DNA of 64,000 nucleotides, taken from assembly GCA_030390025.1 (NCBI GenBank), contig CM059432.1, positions 56,918,001-56,982,000 on the forward strand, in the 5' to 3' direction. Origin of the DNA: Squalus acanthias (Eukaryota). Shown piece by piece: positions 24,236 through 36,247 of this stretch. The translations under genes were made by a program, and so were the position numbers. The notes below the pieces were generated by a model that searched no databases, had not been told where the DNA came from, and saw only the letters and a list, made by a program, of their open reading frames with translations. Position 1 is the first letter of the stretch. The number at the start of each line of letters is the position of its first letter.

Positions 24236-26097
24236 AAGCTTTTTTTTTTGGTTGAGGTCAGTGTTGTAAATATATTTTCCATCACAGAATATTCTGATAG
24301 AATTATGGAAGGTTGGATGTGAGTAATAAGGTTGTAATTTAGTTTAGATTGTATCATTAATTCATGAAAGCAAAGCAAGAGTACTTTATGGATGCTCTCT
24401 GAACATTAAAATTATAGCTTTATACTCTCGCATCTCTCAATATCTTTTCCAGAATATATACACATTCATGCCTATTACATACCATGGTTTCAATTAAATA
24501 AAAACAGTACTAATAATTAAAATGCTAGCTGGAATTGCATCAATTGAAAACAGAGGCTCTTGTGATATCATCACTACAGAACAATCACATAATTCACATG
24601 GTTCAATAAGGGAATTATTTTGCAGTTTCTCAGCAGAGCTGTGGGAATTAAGAGCCTTGCATATATTATAACTATATTCCCTCATGCTTACAGGCATGGA
24701 AGATTTTTTATATTACGTGTGATGTTTAAACTGCATAAAAAAGTAATAAAAAGAGTCACCAAAATGTTTAGTTCAAGGGAAGATCATGATGAAGCCACTT
24801 ATGGTTCCAGTATCTCAATGTCTAATGTGCTTTGAAGACCCGATTTTAAAATCTGAAGCCTAAGAAATATGTTGCCTGTTAATGTAATTTCTTTAGTTTT
24901 CTTGACTGCTCATTTTTCTTTTAAACATTTCATTAAAAGGGGATGTCTGCAGTAATCATTTCTCAATGCTTCAACATCTTAAAAAAAAACCTGATGCACA
25001 TAAATTACCATTGGATGGTGATTCTGAATTTATGACATGGGTCTGAAACTAAGCAGATTGTTTGAAAAGGGATATTGCAGCATCAGCATCAAAGCAGCTC
25101 TCAAATCAGGCAGGACCTTGGAGTGAGAATTCAACTTGTTCCATTCAAAATAATGTTGGAACACAGAAAAGAGTAATGGATACTAACTTAGTAAAAAATC
25201 TTAACTTGCTACTTACTATTACAATGGTACTTCTTTCAGAGAAATTAATTTTGAATTATATCTGCTGTCTTCAACAGCCTTTAGGCAGGGGTAGACCATG
25301 ACTTTTGACTCTTCAAAGGATTTGATTCCAACACAGTTCCAATGGGAAGAGAACAGTTGGTCAGCAGTACTGTGATACCTGGTATATAGTTAAAAAACAA
25401 GTGCAGGACTTTTAATTGTCGGGTGAATATTCACTTACACTCATTGGGGTTTTGTGGGCTTAGGATTCTCTTATTTTAAAGTAGATCTAGAAGCAAATAC
25501 AACATTTGTGAGTGAAAATTTTATGCGTGCTCCGTTTTTAAGGAGTAACTCAGCTGACTTTATTCCGTTGCTCTAGCAAAGTAATATTACATTGAGAATG
25601 TCCAGGAGCCATAATGAAAATTTAATTTTTGGCTGATTTCATAAGCAAACAAATTTCTGTGTTTTCCTTGTGCCATATTAATTTTTAATTTGTTGATCAT
25701 TTTCATGTTTTAACTTTATTAAAGTTTTATTTTTCCAGAAAGAAGGCAAAGGGAGGCCTCCCATTGATAATGTAAACAAATCATTACTATTTAATGTCTG
25801 TAGACATCTGTTTTATTATATACAATCCTCACTACTTACACCATCCTCGCTTATCCCAGATAGCCGCCGATATCGGGAAAATGGGGTTATCCATTTGCCA
25901 TCACCATAGGCGTCAATTACAAAGATGCCGCTTAAAATGTAATAAGTGCGCCGGCTATTTGGTTCCATTCAGTACCTACCGATTCTTTGTAAAAGCTGAT
26001 TTATTTTTTAAATGGCTGCACGTAATCAACATTTCACTTTGCAACATAAACAGAGCCATGAGCAGAACCGTGGAGACATAAATAGAACCAAGACATT

Positions 26098-27017
26098 GGG
26101 CCGGATCTTGCGGTCAGCGGCGGTTCGTTACACTTGCACTTGCCCACAGACTTTTCTATGGGATTTTGCACTGGAAGTTCCTCTCAGCCAACTGTCAAAA
26201 GAGCACAGCACCCTCTAAAGGGGATCTGGGACCTGTGTAAAGAGGGCAAGCAACTGTGTATCTCCTTAACCAATCAGATTGAAGAATCGTTAATTAGCAG
26301 CGCAGAGTCTGAACCAGGAAGTGCCAGTTAGAATATTTAATTCAATATCAAATCAGCTATAGAAAGCAAAATAAAGAGAGGGAAAGAAAAGTTGGATTAA
26401 AAGAGACGGAAAGAAAAAGTTAAAAAAAATAAAACAATTATTTCAATTTTTATTTTGTTTTAAATCTCCAACAATAATTGAAATCTGAAAGAATGAGACT
26501 CCACACTTGTTAATGTTAATTTTCAGTGCCAGATAGGTGGTTTGGCAGTAATTAAGACTATTAAAAGGGTACTTACACTGGAATGGACAAGCCCTACCTT
26601 TTCCGGCGAGGTTAGTGGGTATATATCAGGTAAGCAATGCTCCCTATAAGGCGTGCGGCCACGCACCCCTTTGCCGGTCCCGTGCAGCCCAGGACCAGAT
26701 TTTTCAATGTAAAGTTTTGCGCATTGTGAATGGGCCGCACAGCCCCTTAAAGGGGCCATGCACCCAAAAAAAATATGAGGGAACATTGCAGGCAAGTACA
26801 GCAACTTCACACCGTTCCATGTGTTTCAATGCCAAGTCTCTCAGCGAGCTACCAGTATAGCGAAGCTTCTGGAGGAGTCGGACATCTCGGACAGCAACTT
26901 CCTGATTTATGCATTTAACTGCACCTGCGTGGTTGCTGGAAATTGCTGTCCGATTTACACATTACTAACGGTGAGCCCTGTTAGCCTCACGATTATTTTT
27001 ACCATAAAATCCAGCTC
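26098..27017. mobile_element. PIF/Harbinger-type MITE, diverged inverted relative of 22970-23724
   Basis: Decayed TIRs GGGCCGGATCTTGCGGT / ACCATAAAATCCAGCTC; TSD ATT; subterminal similarity to the reverse complement of 22970-23724. Confidence 0.75.
26635..26788. mobile_element. 154-bp hAT-type MITE nested in a Harbinger MITE
   Basis: TIRs CAATGCTCCCT / AGGGAACATTG; 8-bp TSD CAGGTAAG / CAGGCAAG. Confidence 0.8.
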
Positions 27018-27738
27018 ATTGTAGCAGAGGTTGACCTGATCCCACTTTAAACGCATCAGCTGATTGAAGCTGCCAGATGTCTCCACTGCCTCTCGTAGAC
27101 GTTAACATTGTGAATAACCGATGAAGACTTTGTGCACTGTTGCTGTTCGCACTGTTAACTACAGGAAGCAGTCGGAAAGTGCAGTCCTGCCACCTTCAGT
27201 CGCCCCCCCACCCCCGCCGTGACCTCTCAAACTCCTGCGAGCTCTTCTTGCCAGCCTGTTGAACCTCACATTTGTAAAGAATTCCTTTTAGAAATCTTTG
27301 CTTACACTAGCCACCGCATGTAGCAGGCCAATCACATTGACACCAACGCGTTGCTATAAGCAATGGGGACTGTATGTGATGCAGTAGAAAATTTGGTTTG
27401 TTCCAAGTGCTAAATTATAGTTGTCAAATAGTTGGTCATTTCATGTGAAATTCAAATGGTGCTTCAAAGCTGACAGAAAAAAAGCTATGGTTTAGAAACT
27501 TTACATTGGTAGTGCCACTTAGATTGGTGAAATATAAATAATGTCAATTAATTATTACTTAGCCTATATAGTTTGTTTGGTGGAAGAATCCATTTTTAAA
27601 TCATAATCGATTGCGTAAATATATATAGGAAACCCACTACTACTTGGAAGTCGAATTGATAATATAAATTGTGTTAAGGATGTAGAACTGGAGAGGTTAC
27701 CCACCCTGATGGAAATTCTCAAACAAGCATTAATATGA

Positions 27739-28609
27739 GTTCTGATGAAGGGTCATCAACCTGAAACGTTGGCCCGAAAATTAAACCTAATACGCGAGAG
27801 TATGCACTGTGTACTCTCGCGTATTAGATCCCGAATTGCCGGTTTCCTGCATGCACTGCGCATGCGCAGGAAACCGGCACTTCGTGAATTGCAAAGGGGG
27901 CGGTTCCTAAGTGAACCACGTGCGCGCTACAGGTTGTGCGCACGCAGTGCACTTAGTTTTTTTTTCACCTTTGAACGCGCAGGTAAGTGGTGAAGATTTT
28001 ACACATAAAGAAAGCAGGCGTAGGACCCCCTTTTAACAAGGTAAGTAGTTAATTAAGTGTTATTTTAAATTTTTTTCAACAGGTTTATCTTTTTTAGAGA
28101 CTTTAAAGAAAGGTAAGTTTATTTTTATAACTTTTTAAAAGATTTTAAATTTTATCAAATATTTTATTTTTTGTTTAAAGTGGTTAATTTATTTAACTAT
28201 ACTTATTTTATTAATGTGATGGCTTTTTTTTAAATTTAATTGAGGTTTAGCTGTTCTTTTGGGGGTTTGTAGTATTCATAGCTTTGACAGCTCTTGCTGT
28301 CAAAACTATGAATGAAAGATGGTGTGCTGCCATTGGCTCTAACTGAATCACGTGATCCCAGAGCTCGCACGAACTAATTGCGCCTCTGGGATACGCACAC
28401 ACTGCGTGGTTGCAACAAGAAGAGGCTCTGAAACTAAAGTTCGTGTGGGCCCCAAACAAAAAGGTAGGCGCGGAGTGCGATATCGTGGGGAATCCTTACC
28501 CCCGCGGGAACCATCGATGTTTAATTTCTGGGCCGTTAACTCTGTTTCTCTCGCCACAGATACTGCCTCACCTGCTGAATATTTCCAGCATTTTCTGTTT
28601 TTATTTATA
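27739..28609 (+). mobile_element. ~100-bp Penelope family A pLTR fragment beginning at its hammerhead, split by a MITE
   Basis: GTTCTGATGAAGGGTCATCAACCTGAAACGTT | AACTCTGTTTCTCTC..CAGCATTTTCTGTTTTTATTT; TSD ATTAATATGA at 27729-27738 and 28610-28619. Confidence 0.85.
27771..28534. mobile_element. PIF/Harbinger-type MITE
   Basis: TIRs GGCCCGAAAATTAAAC / GTTTAATTTCTGGGCC; TSD GTT; inverted homologue at 50022-50762. Confidence 0.88.
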
Positions 28610-28650
28610 ATTAATATGACAAGGGCGTTTTCAGCACTTTGTTACTAACC

Positions 28651-31324
28651 TTTTTATTTGTCCTTGGGATGCGTGTGTTGCTGGCAAGGCCAGCATTTAT
28701 TGCCCATCCTTAATTGCCCTTGAGAGGGTGGTGGTGAGCTGCCTTCTTTAACCGCTGCAGTCTGTGTGGTGAAGGTACTCCCACAGTGCTGTTAGGGAGG
28801 GAATTCCAGGATTTTAACCCAGCAATGATGAAGGAATAGCGATATATTTCCAAGTCAGGATGGTGTGCAACTTGGAGGGGCACTTGCAGGTGATGGTGTT
28901 CCCATGCACCTGCTGCCCTTGTCCTTCTAGGTGGTAGAGGTTGCGGGTTTGGGAGGTGCTGTCGAAGAAGCCTTGACGAGTTGCTGGAGTGCATCTTGTA
29001 GATGGTACACACTGCAGCCACGGTGCGCCGGTGGTGGAGGGAGTGAATGTTTAAGGTGGTGGATGGGGTGCCAATCAAGCGAGCTGCTTTGTCCTGGATG
29101 GTGTCGAGCTTCTTGAGTGCTGTTGGAGCTGCACTCATCCAGGCAAGTGGAGAGTATTCCATCACACTCCTGACTTGTGCCGTGTAGATGATGGAAAGGC
29201 TTTGGAGAGTCAGGAGGTGAGACACTCACTGCAGAATACCCAGCATCTGACCCGCTCTTGTGGCCACATTATTTATGTGGCTGCTCCAGTTATGTTTCTG
29301 GTCAATGGTGACCCCCAGGATGTTGATGTTGGGGTTCAGTGATGGTAATGCCGTTGAATGTCAAGGGGCGGTGGTTAGTCTCTCGCTTTTTGGAGATAGT
29401 CATTGCCTGGCACTTGTGTGGCGCAAATGTTACTTGCCACTTATCAGCCCAAGCCTGAATGTCGTCCAGGTCAGGCTGCATGCGGGCATGGACTGCTTCA
29501 TTTACTGACGATTTGCGAATGGAACTGAACACTCTGCAATCATCAACGAACATCCCCCCTTCTGACCTTATGATGGAGGGAAGGTCATTGATGAAACAGC
29601 TAAAGATGGTTGGGCCTAGGATACTGCCCTAAGGAACTCCTGCAGCGATGTCCTGAGGCTGAGATGATTGACCTCGAACAACCACAACCATCTTCCTTTG
29701 TGCTAGGCATGACTCCAGCCAGTGGAGAGTTCCCCACCCCCCCCCCCCCCCCCCCCCCGATTCCCATTGACTTCAGTTCTACTAGGGCTCCTTGATGCCA
29801 TACTTGGTCAAATGCTGCCTTGATGTCAAGGGCAGTCACTCTTACCTCACCTCTGGAATTCAGCTCTTTTGTCCATGTTTGGACCAAGGCTGTAATGCGG
29901 TGTGGAGCCGAGCGGTCCTGGTGGAACCCAAACTGAGAATCAGTGAGCAGGTTATTGGTGAGTTAGTGCTGTTTGATAGCACTGTCGACGACACCTTCCA
30001 TCATTTTGCTGATGATTGAGAGTAGACTGATGGGGCAGTAATTGGCCGGATTGGATTTGTCCTGCTTTTTGTGGACAGGACATACCTGGGCAGTTTTCCA
30101 CATTGTCAGGTGGATGCCAGTGTTATAGCTGTACTGGAACAGCTTGGTTAGAGGCGCGGCTAGTTCTGGAACACAAATCTTCAGCACGACAGCTGGGATG
30201 TTGTCAGGGCCCATAGCCTTTGATGTATCCAGTGCGGTCAGTCGTTTCTTGCTATCACATGAAGAAAATCAAGTTGGCTAAAGACTGGCTTCTGTGATGG
30301 TGAGGACCTCGGGAGGAGGCCGATATGGATCATCCACTAGGCACTTCTGGCTGAAGAAGGTTGTAAACGCTTCAACCTTGTCATTTGCACTAACGTACTG
30401 GGCTCCGCGATCATTGAGGATGGGGATGTTCATGCAGCCGCCTCCTCCCATTAGTTGTTTAATTGTTCACCACCATTCATGACTGGATATGGCAGGATTA
30501 CAGAGCTTTGATCTGGTCCGTTGATTATGGGATCGCTTTGCTCTGTCTATAGCATGCTGCTTCTGCTGTTTAGCATGCATGTAGTCTTGTGTTGCAGCTT
30601 CCCAGGTTGGCACCTCATTTTTAGGTATGTCTGATGCTGCTGCTGGCATGCTCTTCTGCACTCCTCATTGAACCAGGGTTGGTCCCCTGGCTTGATGGTA
30701 ATGGTAGAGTGAGGGATATGCCTGGCCAAGAGGTTGCAGATTGTGGTGGCCCACAGCGGCTCATGGATGCCCAGTTTTGAACTGCTAGATCTGTTCTGAA
30801 TCTAACCCAATTAGCACGATGGTAGTGCCACACAACACGATGGAGGGTGTCCTCAGTGTGAAGATGGGATTTCGTCTCCACAAGGACTGTGCGGTGGTCA
30901 CTGCTACCAATGCTGTCATGGACAGATGCATCTGCGACAGGTAGATTGGTGAGGACGAGGTCAAGTAGGTTTTTCCCCTCGTGTTGGTTCTCTCAACACC
31001 TGCTGCACGCCCAGTCTGGCAGCTATGTCCTTCAGGACTTGGCCAGCTTGGTCAGTAGTGGTGCTACCGAGCCACTCTTGGTGATGGACATTGAAATCCC
31101 CCACCAGAGTGCCCTTGCTACCCTCAGTGCTTCTTCCAAGTGGTGTTCAACATGGAGGAATACTGACTCATCAGCTGAGGGAAGGCGGTAGGTGGTAATC
31201 AGCAGGAGGTTTCCTTGCCCATGCTTGACCTGAAGCCATGAGACTCCCAGGACCACTCCCTCCCGACTGTTCAACAGTGCCACCACCTCTGGTGGGTCTG
31301 TCCTGCTGGTGGGACAGGACATAC
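28651..31324 (-). mobile_element. second copy of the tRNA-headed Zenon-like LINE, 3' part; continues at 40218-40746
   Basis: Minus ORFs with VMEYSPLAW, FVDDC, DIKAAFD, NYCPISLLS; reverse complement of ~10000-12680. Confidence 0.92.
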
Positions 31325-31699
31325 TTTGTGTCTGTCTTTACGGAAGAAGACGCAAAAAAACTTCTTGGAAATAGTGGCGAACCAAGGCTCTTGCGAGAAT
31401 GAGGAACTGAAAGAAATTAGTATTGGTAAAAAAAAGTACTGGAGAAATTAATGGGACTGAAAGCCAATAAATCCCCTGGACCTGATGGCCTACATCCTAG
31501 GGTTTTGAAAGAGGCGGCTATAGAGATAGTGGACGCATTGGTTGTCATTTTCCAAAATTCCATAGATTCAGGAATGGTTTCCCCAGATTGGAAGGTAGCA
31601 AATGTAACCCCACTATTTAAGAAAGGAGGGAGAGAGAAAACGGGGAACTACAGACCAGTTAGCCTGACATCAGTAGTAGGGAAAATGCTAGTATCTAGA
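31325..31699 (+). mobile_element. CR1 LINE 'A', left part; continues at 38879-40217
   Basis: KSPGPDGLHPRVLKE..NYRPVSLTSVVGKML; whole insertion bounded by GACATAC at 31318-31324 and 40218-40224. Confidence 0.88.
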
Positions 31700-31705
31700 C
31701 TCATA

Positions 31706-32546
31706 GGGCTCGAATTTCCAAGCCCCGTGGAGGCGGGTTTGGAAGCGGGAGTGGTGGGAAAATTGCAGATTTGGGGGCACGTACCCATCCCACCCCCAAC
31801 CCATCTCCATGCCAATGTCCCAGTAGACGGGTACCCGACCTGTGCTGGGAGCCGCCTCCCCGAGGCGGGAAGGGGATTAGTGCCAATTAACTGCCTGTTA
31901 ACAGGTAGTTAACAGGCAGTTTTGTGGCTAATCCCTATTTTTAGCCCTGAAGTGTGGGCTGCCCGACGGCTCCAAACCACGCCAAGTTACCGAGGCGGAC
32001 CGTCGGTCTGCAGGGCTTGGAGGGGTCGATATGTCCGGTGTACAGGTGAGTGATGGGTGCATGAGTTCAGAGGTAAGTGTGTTTGGTGTGTGTAAATGGT
32101 TTAATAGTTTTACTTACCTTTACTTTCTCCTCCAGGCTTCCTCCCTTCAGTTCTCGGGAGTCCCTCAGCTCACCGGCACAGAAAGCAGAATGGCCGCTGA
32201 GCTGTCAAAAGCTGTAGCCTCTGCTTTCTGGTCTGGAGAGCTCTCTAACTGAGTCTGAGTAGAAGGACTCAAGTTAGAAGACAGATTGTCAGTGTTTGAC
32301 AGCTTCACAGAGCTGTCAAACGCTGATATTTCATCTGTCAAAAGCTCTTGACAGATGAAATGTCAATCGCTGACGTCACCAGTATCCAGGTGTCCCTTAA
32401 TTGGCTTGCTGAGCCCGCTGGGCGGGCTTAACAAGGTCAATCAAGGGAAAGTAGCGTGGGTTGGCCACAAATCGATGGAGGCGGGACTACAACCCAAAAA
32501 GTGGGAGTCCCGCCTCCATCATGTCCCCATTGACAAAATCGAGCCC
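31706..32546. mobile_element. PIF/Harbinger-type MITE inserted in a CR1 tail
   Basis: TIR GGGCTCGA(A/T)TTT; TSD ATA; left end related to the right end of 59287-60122. Confidence 0.85.
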
Positions 32547-33472
32547 ATAGAGTCATAACGGCACAGAAGGAGGCCATTCGGCCCATCGAGTCCTTGCCAG
32601 CTCTCTGTAGAACAATCCGGTCAGTCCCATTCCCCTGCTCTATCCCCGTAGCCCTGCAAATTTATTTCCCTCAAGTGCCTATCCAGTCTCCCCTTGAAAA
32701 CATTGAGTGTCTCCGCTTCCACCACTTCCGACGGCAGCAAGTTCCAGGTCCTCAGCACTCGCTACATAAAAAAGATTTTCCTCACATACCCCCTGTATCT
32801 CTTGCCCAAAATCTTAAATCTGTGTCCCCTAGTCCTTGTACCATCAACTAGTGTGAACAGCCTTTCCCCGTCTAGCCTATCCAAACCCGTCATAATCTTG
32901 TACACCTCTATCAAATCATCCCTCAACCTCCTTTGCTCTAATGAAAACAAATCCAGCTTCTCCAACCTGTCCTTGTAGCTAAGATCCCCCCATCCCTGGA
33001 ACCATTCCGGCAAATCTCCTCTGCATCCTCTCAAGGGCCTTCACATCCTTCCTAAAGTGTGGTGACCAGAACTGGACGCAATACTCCAGTTCTGGCCTAA
33101 CCAGCGCTTTATAAAGGTTCAGCATAACTTCTCTACTTTTGTACTCAATACCTCTATTTATGAAGCCCAAGATCCCATATGCTTTACTGACCACTCTCTC
33201 AATATGTCCCGACACCTTCAGGGACCTATGCACATTAACTCCCAGGTCCCTCTGTCCCTGCATACTCTTTAAATCTGTGCCATTAAGTGTATATTGCCTC
33301 TCCCTGTTCCTTCTGCCAAAATGCATCACCTCATACTTCTCTCTATTAAATTCCATCTGCCACTTGTCTACCCATTCTGCTAGCCTTTCGATGTCCTGTT
33401 GCAGTCGATTGGTATCATCCTCACTGTTTGCCACACCACCAAGTTTGATGTCATCGACAAATTTCGAAATTC
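32547..33472 (-). mobile_element. CR1 LINE 'B' 3' fragment, same subfamily as 52296-54696; followed by another ~100-bp CR1 piece to 33573
   Basis: ORFs 32762-33034 and 32979-33434 are near-identical to ORF 52381-53184. Confidence 0.92.
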
Positions 33473-33573
33473 TACCTCTGCTTTACATCCACCCTATCAA
33501 ACCTCTGCATAAATTTAAAGATTTCTATCACGTCTCCACAAAGCCCTCTCTTTTCTAGAGAAAAGAGCCCCAG

Positions 33574-36247
33574 CATAAGAACATAAGACCATAAGAAACA
33601 TGAGCAGGAGTAGGCCAATCGGCCCCTCGAGCCTGCTCCGCCATTCAGTAAGATCATGGTGATCCAATCTTGGCCTCAACTCCACTTTCCCGCTCTCTCC
33701 CCATACCCTTGACTCCCTTGTAGTTCAAATGTCTGTCAATCTCCGCCTTGAACATATTCAATGACTCCGCCAACACAGCTCTCCAGGGTAGAGAATTCCA
33801 AAGATTCACGACCCTCTGAGAGAAGAAATTCCTCCTCATCTCCGTCTTAAATGGGCGACCCCTTATTCTGAAACTATGCCCCCTAGTTCTAGATACCCCC
33901 ACTAGGGGAAACATCCTTTCAGCATCCACTCTGTCAATCCCCCTCAGAATCTTATATGTTTCAATAAGATCCCCTCTCATTCTTCTGAACTCCAATGAGT
34001 GTAGGCCCAACCTGCTCGACCTTTCATCATACGTCAACCCCTTCATCCCAGGAATCAACCTAGTGAACCTTCTCTGCACTGCCTCCAATGCAAGTATATT
34101 GTTCCTTAAATATGGAGACCAAAACTGTACACGGTACTCCAGGTGCGGTCTCTCCTGCGCCCTGTAAAGTTGCATCAAAACTTCCCTACTTTTATACTCT
34201 ATCCCCCTTGCAATAAAGGCCAACATTTCATTAGCCTTCCTAATTACTTGCTGTACCTACATGCTAACTTTTTGTGTTTCATGTACGAGGACCCCCAGAT
34301 CCCTTTGTACCGCAGCATTTTGTAGTCTCACTGCATTTAAATAATAATTTGCTTTTTTATTCTTCCAAAGTGGATAACCTCACATTTTCCCACATTATAC
34401 TCCATCTGCCAAATGTTTGCCCACTCACTTAGCCTGTCTATATCCCTTTTGCAGGCTCTTTGTGTCCTCCTCACAACTTGCTTACCCACCTATCTTTGTA
34501 TCATCAGCAAATTTGGCTACAGTACTCTCGGTCCCTTCATCCAAGTCATTAATATAGATTGTAAATAGTTGAGGCCCCAGCAGTGATCCCTGTGGCACCC
34601 CAGTAGTTACTGATTGCCAACCGGAAAATGACCCATTTATCCCGACTCTCTGTTTTCTGTTAGTTAGCCAATCCCCTATCCATGCCAATATATTACCCCC
34701 AACCCTGTGCGCGCTTATCTTGTGCCGTAACCTTTTATGTGGCACCTTATCGAATGCCTTCTAGAAATCCAAATACACTGCATCTACTGCTTCCCCTTTA
34801 TCCACCCTGTTTGTTACATCTTCAAAAAAAGCTCTAGTAAATTTGTCAAACACGATTTCCCTTTCATAAAACCATGTTGACTCTGCTTGATGGTCTTATG
34901 ATTTTCTAAATGTCCTGCTATTACCTCCTTAATAATGGATTCCAGCATTTTCCCAAATACAGATGTTGGGCTAATTGGCCTATAGTTTCCTGCTTTCTGT
35001 CTTCCTCCTTTCTTGAATAGTGGCGTTACATTTGCGGTTTTTCAATCCGCTGGGACCTCTCCAGAATCCAGGGAATTTTGGTAGATTACAACCAACGCAT
35101 CTACTATCTCTGCAGCCACTTCTTTTAAGACCCTAGGATGCAGGCCATCAGGTCCAGGGGACTTGTCGGCCTTTAGCCCTATTAGTTTGCCTAGTACTTT
35201 TTCTCTAGTGATAGAGATTGTTTTAAGTTCCTCCCTCCCTATAGCCCCTTGATTATCTATTATTATTGGGATGTTTTTAGTGTCTTCTACTGTGAAGACC
35301 GATCCAAAATAATTGTCTCTGCCATTTCTCTATTTCCCATTATTAATTCCCCAGTCTCATCCTCTAAGGGATCAACGTTTACTTTAGCTACTCTCTTCCT
35401 TTTTATATACCTGTAGAAGCTCTTACTGTCTGTTTTTATATTATTTGCTAGTTTACTCTCATACTCTATCTTCTCCCTCTTTATAATTTTTTTAGTCATC
35501 CTTTGCTGGTTTTTAAAAATTTCCCAATCCTCTGGCCTACCACTAATCTTCGCAACATTGTATGCCTTTTCTTTCAATTTGATACCATCCTTCACTTCCT
35601 GAGTTAGCCACGGATGGTGCATCCTTCTCATAGAGCCTTTCTTTCTCACTGGAATATACCTTTGCTGAGATTTATGAAATATCTCCTTAAATTTCTGCCA
35701 CTGCTGATCTACCGTCTTACCCTTTAATCTATTTTCCCAGTCCACTTTAGCCAACTCTGTCCTCATACCCTTGTAATTGCCTTTATTTAAGTTTAGGACA
35801 CCAGTTTCAGACCCAAGTTTCTCACCCTCAAACTGAATTTGAAATTCTATCATGCTATGACCACTCTTTCCGAGGGGATCCTTTACTATGAGATCATTAA
35901 TTAATCCTGTCTCATTACACAGTACCAGATCTAAAATAGCCTGCTCCCTGGTTGGTTCCTCAACGTATTGCTTGAAAAAACCACCCCAAATACACTCTAT
36001 GAACTCGTCCTCAAGGTTACCCTTGCCAATTTGATTTGTCCAATCTATATGATGATTAAAATCACCCATGATTATTGCAGTACCTTTCTTACAAGCCCCC
36101 ATTATTTCTTGATTTATAATCTGTCCTACAGTATAGCTACTGTTAGGGGGCCTATCTGCTACTCCCACCAGTGACTTCTTACCCTTACTATTTCTTATCT
36201 CTACCCAAACTGATTCTACATCTTGATCTTCTGAGCCAATATCATTC
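33574..36247 (-). mobile_element. CR1 LINE 'C' (EN through RT plus tail); 5' part continues at 38542-38878
   Basis: IIMGDFN and EEPTREQAILDLV (APE); RT ORFs 33654-34226 and 34482-34745; tail CATAAGAACATAAGA. Confidence 0.93.

Noticed and set aside
29738..29758. Poly-C tracts here and at ~56931 and ~60758
   Set aside because: Simple homopolymer expansions, length unreliable.
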